In this document: one piece after another, positions 13,062-26,000 of the stretch
How the letters are laid out: the number at the start of each line of letters is the position of its first letter
How positions within the stretch are numbered: the first letter of the stretch is position 1
NCBI RefSeq assembly: GCF_964355755.1
Contig: NC_092670.1
Coordinates: 24,290,795-24,354,794, forward strand
Direction of reading: 5' to 3'
DNA from: Antedon mediterranea
Taxonomy: Eukaryota > Animalia > Echinodermata
Length of the DNA stretch: 64,000 nucleotides
The notes under the pieces: generated by a model
Told to the model about the DNA's origin: nothing
Databases searched by the model: none
What the model saw: only the letters and a program-made list of their open reading frames with translations
Made by a program: the position numbers and the translations under genes

Positions 13062-14097
13062 TCAAATGTCAACTTTTGTCATGTTAATTTCTTGTTGAAA
13101 GTTTGGTTTGCGGGAATTGCAAGTAAACATATGCACGATAGTGTACAGATACGGATTAATGCACGAGTTGATAGGAATTATGAATGTTGCCGCCCAAACA
13201 TATATTTCATCTGGAATGTCCCACCTTTCCGTCTCTGAACAAATCCCCATCAGTATGACAGGGAACCAGCAACTGAAATCGGTGAAAACTATTAATCCTA
13301 GTTTTCTAGCCATTTTAACCTGTTCCTTTCTCCTCAGTCGTCTGTTAACCGTTGCACCTGAACGTTGAACAGAGAAGAAAATTGCAACATAACTCGTTGC
13401 GATCACGATAAAACCTAAACCATTGAATCCAATAAAAATGACAATAGCATACTCCCAGCCTGGCCATCGACTTTTTGTTAGCGGTAGTGCAAGGCAAACA
13501 CTCTGTTTCCCATAGTAGTTTTCGCCAAAATACGATAAATTAATAAAGTCTAATCTGTTTACAAGTGGAAGAAAACTGAGAACAATCCAAACTAACCAAC
13601 TAATACCGATAATATTTTTACACTTTGTACTGTTCAGCCGTTTTGTAGTGAAAGGGTTCACGATGTTAACTGCACGGTCAATGCTCAATATCATCAATGT
13701 AGTTACAGAACATTGACCGGAGAGAGTAGAAATAGCACCCGCAAAGCTACAAAGAAAACTGCTTTTCCAATATATCGCAACTATCGCATACCGTCCTCTG
13801 TAGTGTATATCTGCACTCGCTATGATGATCAGATAAACTGCCATCAGCAAATCAGACACAGCCAGATTAGTGATGAGCATGGTTTGCACCTTATTAACAT
13901 TACTATCATTATTCTTGTTAAACCGTCGTGATACGATTACAACTACATTACCAATGACAGATAAAACACCAATAACCAACATCAATACTCTTAACACTTC
14001 TCGTTTTAGTAAGTCTGCACAAGAAGCAAAGGCATCTGTTGGTTCGCAGACATCAATGTGACCCACGAGACAACACAGACTAAACAAATCTGAATAT
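13062..14097 (-). CDS. Terminal exon: hinge and rhodopsin-type 7TM domain
   Basis: SLCC..CEPTDAFASCADLL hinge, NLAVSDLLM, SIDR, CLALPL, FTDFSCWFP, PINSCINPYLYT; acceptor TTATTTCAG ends at 14098. Confidence 0.95.
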
Positions 14098-17000
14098 CTG
14101 AAATAATTAACACAAAAAAAACCATAGTTGTAAAGTAATGTCATTTTGTACATCTAACCTGCCTCATATATTTTTCAGTTGCAGAACAGTTATATTTAGC
14201 AACTACTTTTGTACGGATTGAAATCAGCGTAGAAGATGGCATCGAATATCTTAGCATTAAAGAGAATAATACAGTTTTGCAAAAATTATTGGTATGTCAA
14301 CTCTCCCAATACTGAACTGGTTTCCCAGAAAGTATGGTATTCGGAATGTGTTTTTAATGGTAAAAATGAATTTTAGAATATTTGAATTTCAAGAGTTTCT
14401 GGTTTTCAGAGAGTGCCGTATTGAGACAGTTGACTGTATTCTTTTAATTAAAGGTCATAAAATGTGAATGCGTGTACAGTTTCAAAAAACTAAATGTAGT
14501 AGGTGCTTGAACAGAAATAAAACAATATTTGTAAATGTATGGGTATTCAGGTCCTTTCAATACTCACAGTTCTGTTAAGGTCTTTAGTTCTTCAAAGGTT
14601 CTATCTCTGTAATTCTGTAATTTGTTGTCCGTCAAGTTTCTGAAAAATATTAATATAAACAACCCGTTAAAAGCACAATGATGTTAACAAATGATTCGGC
14701 CAGAGATTGCGCAATGAATAATAGTTATATTGTTGGTTGGTAGGTTAATTTTTGCTTGATACGTTTAGTCGTTGGTCCCATGCACACAGATGCGCATATT
14801 GTCTCTTTCGGTTACAAAGTCCTATTTCATTGATACAAGATCGGATTCGCCATAAAACGTTCCAGTATCCGTTTTTTGTTTGTTTAATGTACAATATTTG
14901 TATTTAAATTAAGTTTTTAATGAGTTGGTTAGTTATTTAATCTATTCCTTTTGTGAATCATTTTGATAGTTGTGATTTTGTATTATATTTCCTGGAAAAA
15001 CACAATCATAATTGTGAACGCGTTTCCGTTATAAAATGAAAATACTAATAATAAAGGTATAACAATTAATTAAATATTAACGCCCGTATTCTTAAACCGG
15101 ACTTTAGTCGTAGTTCGAAGTTCGACTTGAAAAAGTCGTAGTTCGAGCTATTACTTCAAATTCGATTAAAAAACGAAGTAGTCGAAGTTTGCAGTTCGAC
15201 TTAATGAAGTCGAGCTTTAGGTCGAGTTGCACACGTCTGGGTAACAAAGGCTATACATTGGCCAATGACAAGAGAGTATTTGAGGAGCAGACGAAATTTT
15301 GCGCATTGATATCACTTTCCATTTTCTTACAACACTTTTTACGCATCAGGACTATATACATGAAAAATAATTTTAATCGTTAATTATTAGAACAAGATCA
15401 GTATTAATTTAACAGTGAAGTATATTTGATTAACAACAAACAAAATCTTCAAACTATATTTAGGAACCATGGCGGTACGGTAACTTTTATATTTTCTAGG
15501 CCCCCAAAAAAGTATGATCGCGACGAACCACGCACTTCATAGCGTGACAAGAAAGTGCTAGGCCCCCTAAACATTCCATCGCGTCGTGAATTTCCGCATC
15601 TGCCATTGTCGCTAATGGCGTAACGTAGTTCAAGTCGGACTTGCGCGAAGAAAATTTGTAATTTGTATACGGTTGTAAATAAAGATGATTTTCATTATTA
15701 TAACTTATACCAATGTATATTTAATTAAGCTAATATAAAAATAGATACTTTATTCTTCAATATCTGACCAATATAACAACTAAATTACTGTTACGTTTTT
15801 CATAAACATCGTTTAAAAACCATTTAGTCGACCATTTAGCCTGCCCCCTCCAAGACTAATAAAATCGATCAAAATCCGTCTCGATTTAGTCGAGGTTGGC
15901 CTGAATTAGTCGGCGATTTAGTTGAAGTTCGGTTTATAAATTAAAATGACGTCATTTTTTTAGTTTTAGCTTGAACTACGACTAAAGTCCGGTTTAAGAA
16001 TACGGACGTAACGCCATGTTTACAAAAACAACTTAATGTTTAAATAAATGATATGATTGTTAGGCAAACTAGTTCTTCCTTTGATTAAAATACTTCTTAG
16101 AAGCAGTACTTTAAAGCAAACTTTGATTCATCTTAAATTGTTTATATTTGAAATACGTATAATTGTTAAAACGTAAAATGTTCAAAACTTACAAAATTAA
16201 AATCGATGAAGCAAAACAAGCAAATGCACCATAATCTATAGTAGTTATGTTGTTTTTATGTAAATAACTGTTGAAATAAAAAGAATGATTTTAAATGGCA
16301 ATTTCATAATGTCAATGATAGGCCTATAGTGGAATTAAGATGATTCAATTAAAAAAATTCATCAATGTTACATAACAAAATAATACTTGAATCATAGATA
16401 TTTTATATTTTTTAAAGGATGCACAAAAACGCTTTTAATACGAGTTTCTATGTTATCAAATTACAAATGCATTAGGGCTACTTAAATTGATTCAATATTT
16501 ATGTGTATTAACTATTAATGTGTGTATTTCATTTATATATTTTGAAAAATGCATAATGATAGATTATTATAAAATATTTTAATTAGACGTCGAAACAAAA
16601 CATGAAGTCCTATTAATTCTAAAACATTCTATAAAAAATTGTATATTATAGTAATTATAAAAAGTACCTACAGTTTTTCCAATGCCGACAAATCATTAAA
16701 CGTCTTGGCTGACAGTGTACGTATTTGATTATCGTTCAAATGCCTTCAAAGAAATAAATTGTAAACAAAATAATATGATGGCAATTGTATTCTTAGGCAT
16801 AATATGGCTTTTTTGTCTCTATGAAACCATATTTATATTATTTATATAATTACTGATTTAACTTTGTTTCAGTGTTATACCTATTTTACACAAAATAAAT
16901 TATTCTTGATTTTACATGAAGGAAACAAATCAGTATTACAATATTTACTTAAATAAACGTCTAATTATAATATTTAACATGACAACTTTATTATTCTTTA

Positions 17001-20000
17001 AATGACTTTAAGTTAACATCTTTTTTTATTTCAAACACATTTATACACTGGATAAAATATCCTAATTCAAAAATAAGTTTTCAACATGGTCCTGTTTAAA
17101 ACTATAAAACCTTAACTAAACTACAGAACAATGACAAAATATATATAAAAAAAAAGAATATGAAAATTATTTATATAATAAAATTTACACATTTGAATGG
17201 AAGCACATTTTTGAATTATTACAAGTATTTTATTCCAGGCATTTGCATTTACAATACTTAGGCCTAGAGCGCGAACTATTGAAAGTAATGCAGATATTTT
17301 GATTATTCAAATAATATAATATAGTTGGGTGTTGAATAGATGTCTGTCATAAAGCATTTCAATATTTACACAAGCCAGGAGGTGCAATACCATTTATGCA
17401 TTTATACATTAAACACGTTAGGGCATAATAGTCATTAAACTAGTTATAATGTTAGTCAATTAGCATTATAAAAGCAATTTAACGTAGTTATAAAAATAGA
17501 ACACTTACAGTTCTTTCAGAGATGTCAAATCAGAAAAAACATCGTCTGGTAATGTACTAATTTGGTTTGAGTACAAATACCTTCAAAGTAAACATAATAC
17601 ACAGTAAACATGCTATTTACTCTATTGAAAACTTTTTAATTTGCATTATACACTAATAAAAAATTTACCGTATAATACTGATTTAACTTTATTCAGTATT
17701 ATACCTATTTTACACAAAATACATTATTCTTGATTTTACATGAAAGGAAACAAATCAGTATTACAATATTTATTTAAATAAACGTCTAATTATAATAATT
17801 AACATGACAAATGTATTACTCTTTAAATGACTTTAAGTGTTTATTCTTTCTGTCTTTCTGTTCCCTCTATTGTCACGCCATTGATCTTTTTTTAATTTCA
17901 AACATATTTATACACTGGATAAAATAACCTAATTCAGAAATAAGTTTTCAACATGGTCCTGTTTAAAACTATAAAACCTTAACTAAACTACAGAACAATG
18001 ACAAAATATATATAAAAAAAAAGAATATGAAAATTATTTTTATAATAAAATTTACACATTTGAATGGAAGCACATTTTTGAATTAATACAAGTATTTTAT
18101 TCCAGGCATTTGCATTTACAATACTTAGGCCTAGAGCGCGAACTATTGAAAGTAATGCAGATATTTTGATTATTCAAATAATATAATATAGTTGGGTGTT
18201 GAATAGATGTCTGTCATAAAGCATTTCAATATTTACACAAGCCAGGAGGTGCAATACCATTTATGCATTTATACATTAAACACGTTAGGGCATAATAGTC
18301 ATTAAACTAGTTATAATGTTAGTCAATTAGCATTATAAAAGCAATTTAACGTAGTTATAAAAATAGAACACTTACAGTTCTTTCAGAGATGTCAAATCAG
18401 AAAAAACATCGTCTGGTAATGTACTAATTTGGTTTGAGTACAAATACCTTCAAAGTAAACATAATACACAGTAAACATGCTATTTACTCTATTGAAAACT
18501 TTTTAATTTGCATTATACACTAATAAAAAATTTACCGTATAATACTGATTTAACTTTATTCAGTATTATACCTATTTTACACAAAATACATTATTCTTGA
18601 TTTTACATGAAAGGAAACAAATCAGTATTACAATATTTATTTAAATAAACGTCTAATTATAATAATTAACATGACAAATGTATTTCTTTAAATGACTTTA
18701 AGTGTTTATTCTTTCTGTCTTTCTGTTCCCTCTATTGTCACGCCATTGATCTTTTTTTAATTTCAAACATATTTATACACTGGATAAAATAACCTAATTC
18801 AGAAATAAGTTTTCAACATGGTCCTGTTTAAAACTATAAAACCTTAATACACAGTAAACATGCTATTTATTGAAAACTTTTTAATTAGCATAATACACTA
18901 ATAAAGAAGTTAACGTAAATATATAGGAAAGACATTAGTCTTAGTTCTAGACGCTATTTCGACTTAATATTGATAAAAATATAAATATTTTAGCACACAT
19001 GGCGTTTCATACGTGTACTGAAACACCTATTTTATTTTTTTATTTTTTTATCTTATTCAATAGAAACCAATAGCGATAATTTCCGCCACTAACAGGTTTG
19101 ATACAAACAAAGCCAGGACTGGAGCAACTTGATTGGTCCTAACATTGATCTAGGGCTTCTCTCGTCCAGTGCCGACCTTGACCAGAGGAAACTAGAGGAT
19201 ACTAGATGCAGGGGCTGCCATAAGAGTCAGCAATGCTGATTTCAAATGCCTAACGGGACCCCAGCTCCATACAGCACCCGACATTCCCAGATGGTCTCCC
19301 ATCCAAGCTCTAACTAGGCCCGACGTTGCTTAACTTCGGTGATCTGACGAGAACCGGTGTTTCAACGTGGTAAAGCCGTATAAACGCCGACTGAAAAGAT
19401 TGAAAAGAGCCTGGATGGCTGTTCTACAAGAAGGATGCTGCGAACAGTTTTCAACATACATTGGAGTGAGCACAAAACCAACAAGGAGCTCTACGGTGAT
19501 CAAAATCACCAAATCTCTCTCAACAAATCAGAGAGAGAAGGAACCGATTTGCTGGCCACTGCTTCAGAAGTAAGCAAGAGCCTGTGTCAGAACTAGTAGT
19601 CTGGAAACCAAGACATGGGAAAAGAAAACCAGGCAGACAACCTCTTTCGTATTCAGACGTTCTAAGGATGGATACTGGCTTGGAGGGAGCAGAAGTGGAA
19701 ACAGCTATGACAGACAAGAAACTTTGGAGCGCCATGGTGGTTCGAGGACTCCACTCGCCATAATTCAAGTCAGTCAAGTCAAGTCAAACGCCGACTGGTG
19801 GACAAATACATAAAAAAAGACAAAACTAGACTTCGGACAAGTTATTATAAAAAAAGTACCTACAATTTTTGTAATGATGTCAAATCATCAAACGTCTTGG
19901 CTGTCAATGTACTTATTTGGTTATTGTACAATTTCCTTCAAAGAAATAAATTGTTAAAAAAATAATATGAGGACAATTGTATTATTAGGCATATTATGGC

Positions 20001-23000
20001 TTTAGGGTTTGTCCGTACTTGGTTAGTGAACAAACGTCTTCAATGAAATAAATTGTAAAACAAATGTGCTATTAAATGTCAATTGTATTATTAGACCTAT
20101 ATGGCTTTAAGTTGAGTTTGTTATAAAACTCTAATTATATTATTCAAAATATTACTAACTGATTTAAATACCTTCAACATGTGAAATTGTCTACCAACAA
20201 TTAGAAGTAGATATAGGAAATAAATTACTCTAGGTTCTAGACGGCATTGCGACTTAATACTGGTAAAAAGATAGACATAGCGTTCCATACGTATAATATG
20301 AGAGCTGAAATAGTTTAGGTCTACAAACAAAACTAGAGACTTAAGGCAACTATAGAATAAAAATACTCATAAAATTAGTCTACGTTAGCGTCTGTTTTTA
20401 AATGTAAATACTATAAGTCAAAACGACTGGTGGACAACAACATAAAACAGACAATAGAGACTTGAGGCAGGTATAGAAATAAAAATACTCACAGTTCTTT
20501 CAGAGATGTCAAACCAGAAAAAACATTTGCTGGTAATGTACTAATTTGGTTATCAAACAAATTCCTTCAAAGTAAGCATAAAACACAGTAAACATGCTAA
20601 ATTTACTATATTGAACAATTTTCAAAATAAAGGTATAAATTGTTCTATTTAGGATGATGATTGTTTTAATGATTTGTATTTCGTTGTACATCGATAACAT
20701 TAGTCTACGTTGGCGTCTGTTTTTAAATATAAATACTGTAAGTCAAAGGCTGACTGGTGGACAACAACATAGAACAAACAATAGAGACTTGAGGCAAGTA
20801 TATAAATAAAAATACTTACAGTATTTTCAGAGATGTTAAACCAGAAAAAACATTTGCTGGTAATGTACTAATTTGGTTATCAAACAAATTCCTTCAAAGT
20901 AAGCATAATACACAGTAAACATGCTAAATTCAATATAATTATTGAACACTTTTCAAAATAAAAGTATAAATTGTTCTATTTAGGATGATGATTGTTTTAA
21001 TGATTTGTATGTCGTTGTACATCGATAACATTAGTCTACGTTGGCGTCTGTTTTTAAATGTGAATACTGTAAGTCAAAGGCTGACTGGTGGACCACAACA
21101 TAGAACAAACAATAGAGACTTGAGGCAAGTATAGAAATAAAAATACTTACAGTATTTTCAGAGATGTCAAACCAGAAAAAACATTTGCTGGTAATGTACT
21201 AATTTGGTTATCAAACAAATTCCTTCAAAGTAAGCATAATACACAATAAACATGCTAAATTCAATATAATTATTGAACACTTTTCAAAATAAAAGTATAA
21301 ATTGTTCTATTTAGGTTGATGATTGTTTTAATGATTTGTATGTCGCTGTACATCGATAGCAATAATCTAACGTTTGATTCTGTTTTAAATGTTAATACTA
21401 CTTATTTGGTTATCAAACAGATTCCTTCAAAGTAAACACGGTTAACATGTAAAATTGTATAAATTGAACATTTTTCATTTAGCATTATAACCAAAATTAA
21501 ACGTAATTAAGAAAATAGAAACACTTACAGTTCTTCCAGAGATGTCAAATCAGAAAAAATATTGTATGGTAATGCACTAATTTCGTTCTTATACAAATCC
21601 CTCTTATAACAACAATTTAAACTTAATCAAGAAATGTACTCACATTTCTTCAATGATGTCAAACCAGAAACAAAATTGGTAAAAAAAAATCGCGGTTTTA
21701 CTATATTGAACACTTTTCAAAATAAAAATATAAATTGTTCTATTAATGATGATGACTTCATTATTATTTTTAATGATTTGTATGTCGCTGTAAATCGATA
21801 ACATTAGTCTACGTTAGCGTCTGTTTTTAAATGTAAATACTGTAAGTCAAAACGACTGGTGGACAACAACATAAAACAGACAATAGAGACTTGAGGCAAG
21901 TATAGAAATAAAAATACTCACAGTACTTTCAGAGATGTCAAACCAGAAAAAAACATTTGCTGGCAATGCACTAATTTCGTTCTCAGACAAATCCCTTCAA
22001 AGTATAAACACAATACCCAGTAAGCATGCTAAATTGACTGGGCCTATATTCAACACTTTGACACTAAGTCAATGTAACAAATATTTAACTTAATCAAGAA
22101 CATAAATATACTCACATTTTTTCAAAGCTGTCAAAAACCAGAAACAAAATTGGTCAAAAAAGGCGCGGTTTCATATAATATAATATGCTAACTTTAGTAT
22201 ACTTATGATTTTATTTATAGGAAAGGTAAGTTAGTTAGGAAACATTGAACATTTCTATTTATTGCTAGGCCTGCAGTTCTTTCAGAGATATCAAATATTA
22301 GGTGGACTTGTTGAACCCACAAATGTGAAAACAACCACGAATGTGAAAACGCATCACCCACAAACGTGAAAACAACCACAAATGTTAAAATGTATCACCC
22401 TCAAATGTGAAAACAACCACAAATGTAAAAACGCATCACCCACAAATGTGAAAACAGCGCCCACAAATGTGAAAACGATCAATTCAAATGAAATTTATTG
22501 CTAGACCCAAACAAATTTTATCGAATTAATGTTAATGTATTTATATACATTGTATTGAGTTTTTTCAATAATTTTGTATTCACGACCAACTTTCTAAAAC
22601 GACCACACATTGTAAGCTACCATCTCTGTTAAGGAACCGCTTCTCATAATCGACCACCTCTCGAAAGGGATCACCTCCTCTCATAAGGGACCACTTCTCA
22701 TAATCAACCACCTCTCGTAAGCGACCACCTCTCTTAACGACCTCACCTCTCGTAAAGTGACCACCTCTTTTAAGGGACAACGACCTATTTCTCTCTATTA
22801 AAGGCCCGCTTCTCAGAATCGTCAGTGAGGACTCTTTTTTCAATCAATCAATCAATCTCATAATCGACCACCTCTCGTAAGGGATCACCTCCTCTCATAA
22901 GGGACCACTTCTCATAATCAACCACCTCTCGTAAGCGACCACCTCTCTTAACGACCACACCTCTCGTAAAGTGACCACCTCTTTTAAGGGACCACGACCT

Positions 23001-26000
23001 ATTTCTCTCTATTAAAGGCCCGCTTCTCAGAATCGTCAGTGAGGACTCTTTTTTCAATCAATCAATCAATAATAATTTATTTCTCAAATAAAAACAAAAT
23101 ACAGTTAACATTTTCTAAAATAATAAATAAAAAATGAGAAAATGGGTACCCCACTGGAAGCTAAGCTTTAAAATGTGGGGTCCGGGCAACATATTTAAGT
23201 AAGGTAAAGTAAGAAACATGATCATGAACAAAAAAGGCATTTAACTTAAACGAATGCAGTTGTAATTTAACTTAAGACAGATATATTATTAACTTAAACA
23301 ATAATAGTAGAAACAAGGTATTCATGTAATTTGGACTTAAAACAAGATATAAAATTAATAATTTTGAGTTCTTCTGGTAAAGTATTCCATATTTTGGGTC
23401 CTTTAAATGTATTTATCGATTTTAGTATTTACCACCTCTATGGAACGACCACCGTCTCTCATAAGGGACCGATTCTCATAACCGACCACCTCTCCTAACG
23501 ACCACTATCTCTCGGAAGCGACCACCTCCTTTAAGGGACCACTGCCTCTCGTTTCGTTTCGTTTCTTAATTACCACTCGCAAGGGCCATAAACTGACAGT
23601 GTGTCTCTGTGTGTTTTCAGAATTCGTTTGCCATTTTGATTTTTTTTTATTTCATTTTAATTAATAAAAAAAATCAAAAGTGTGCAATTATAGGTGACTT
23701 GAAAGGCCAATATAAAATTGAATTGCACTGTTATAAAATTCACCTTTAAACCAACTTGACCAATATAGGCTAGAGTTCAAAATACACTTACCCTAAAAAA
23801 TATTCATTGTAGAATATTAGAACCAATTAATTCCCCAAAAGAACAAAGTGTATTTAACCCCTGTACCCTTTTCATCATAAAACAATTGATCAATGACAGT
23901 CATCTAAGATATACTTAAGAAGTAGGCCTACTTGCTGGAAAAATAGGACTTATAGTTAAGCTCACAATTAGGGAGGGTGGTAATTTAAAAGAGTGGTCAC
24001 TTACGGGAGGTGTTGTCGTTAAGAGAGATAGTCGCTTACAAGAGGAGGTCGATTATGAAAAGCAGTCCCTTATGAGGGGAGGTGATCACTTCCGAGAGGT
24101 GGTCGATTATGATAAATGGTCCCTTAAAAGAGACGGTGGTCGTTCAATAGAGGTGGTCACTTACCAGAGGTCGTTGTGACGGGAGATAGTCGATTATGAG
24201 AAGCGGTTCTTTAATAGAGAGAAAGAGGTCGTGGTCTCTTAAAAGAGGTGATCACTTACGAGAGGTGGTCGATTATAAGAAGTGGCCCCTTAACAGAAAC
24301 GGTGGACGTTTAATAGAGGTGATCACTTACCAGAAGTTGTTGTGACGGGAGATAGTAGATTATGAGAAACGGTTCTTAATAGCGAGAAAGAGGTCGTGGT
24401 TCCTTAAAAGAGGTGGTCACTTACGAGAGGTGTGGTCGTTAAGAGAGGTAGTCGCTAACGAAGAGGTGGTCGATTATGAAAAGCGGTTCCTTATGAGAGT
24501 TGGTGATCACTTACGAGAGGTGGTCGATTATAAGAAGTGGTCCCTTAACAGAAACGGTGGACGTTCAATAGAGGTGGCCACTTACCAGAGGTCGTTGTGA
24601 CGGGAGATAGTCGATTATGAGAAGCGGTCCTTTAATAGAAAGAAAGAGGTCGTGGTCCCTTAAAAGGGGTGGTCATTTACGAGAGGTGTGGTCGTTGAGA
24701 AGTGGTCGCATACGAGAGGTGGTCGATTATGGGAAGCGGTCCCTTATGAGAGGAGGTGATCCCTTACGAGAGGTGGTCGATTATGAGAAGCGGTCTCTTA
24801 ACAGAGATGGCAGCTTACAATGTGTGGTCGTTTTAGAATGTTGGTTGCTTACAAGAGGTGGAAAGACTGATAGCTAAGTAAGGATCGATGCATTTGCACA
24901 TGATTTAGACATTATTTGTAAAATATAACATTTTCTACATTAGCTGGCGATAGTAACCACATTAGCTGTTGACCGTTTCTACATTAGCTAGTGTTGATTT
25001 TTATTTACTACATAAGCTGTTGGTGTTTCTACATAAGCTGGAGGTTTACTACATAAGCGGTGGATTGTTCTACATTAACGGTTGTTTCGACATTAGCTGG
25101 CGTTTTCTACATTAACGGTTGTAACACGCGTACATATGGCGGGCCAAACATTTAATCATTATCAAGATATCTTTAGTTTTAAATAGAGCTTTCATTTTTA
25201 TCAATACAGTTTTAAAATTGTTAAAAAGTTAATTTATGTTATCAAACACCATAATTTTACAGAAGTTTAGGTGTAGGTTTAAACGCTCGACTTTTTTGAC
25301 GTAACAGTTTTAATTATCAACTGGAAAATTATTACTTTTATGTTGAACCAAAAAAATACATACACAATTGGTATAAATACCTTTAGTTTGTGTATGTATT
25401 TTTTGGTTAACAAAAAGTAATAATTTTCCAGTTAATTATATTCGGAACCAGGTGAATTTATATAATAGTTTTTTTGTTTTTCTTTCGTCATTAAATGGTG
25501 TTTTTTTAATTAGCTTATCAATCAATTAATTGAATCAAACAATCTACTTTTACTTCAGAACAAAGTCCATGGCTTACTGATGTATAGAACAAAAGTATAA
25601 TTTAATAATAAAAACTAAACTATAGTACTTTTCATATTCAGATGTAGGGGCGTAACAGTAAGCCAACGAAATAACAACCAAACACTTCAAGTAGCAACGG
25701 TATATAGCCTTCACCTTGTAGTATCGTGTGCGCGCGCAGAAAACATCGAACATCGACTTAGAACTATACGTACATAACAGTAAGCCAACGAGTTAACAAC
25801 CAAACACTACAAGTAGCAATGGTATATATGACTTTGACCTTGTAGTATCGTGTGCGCGCGCAAAAAAACATTGAACATTGACTTGGAACTGTACGTAGGC
25901 CTACATAAATAGTAAGCCAACGAGTTAACAACCAAACACTATATTCAAGTAGCAATAGAATATTATGACCTTGACCTTGTAGTATCGTGCGCAAAAAACA

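Noticed and set aside
14098-14153. ATG at 14153 as the GPCR start
   Set aside because: It lies in the intron upstream of a clear acceptor; spliced LRR and signal-peptide exons continue the frame.
19268-19383. Functional 5S rRNA gene
   Set aside because: Diverged, has no T-run terminator after the 5S part, and is fused to a body and A-rich tail.
22580-24877. REVVDYEK-repeat ORFs
   Set aside because: Translations of the GACCACC foldback arrays.
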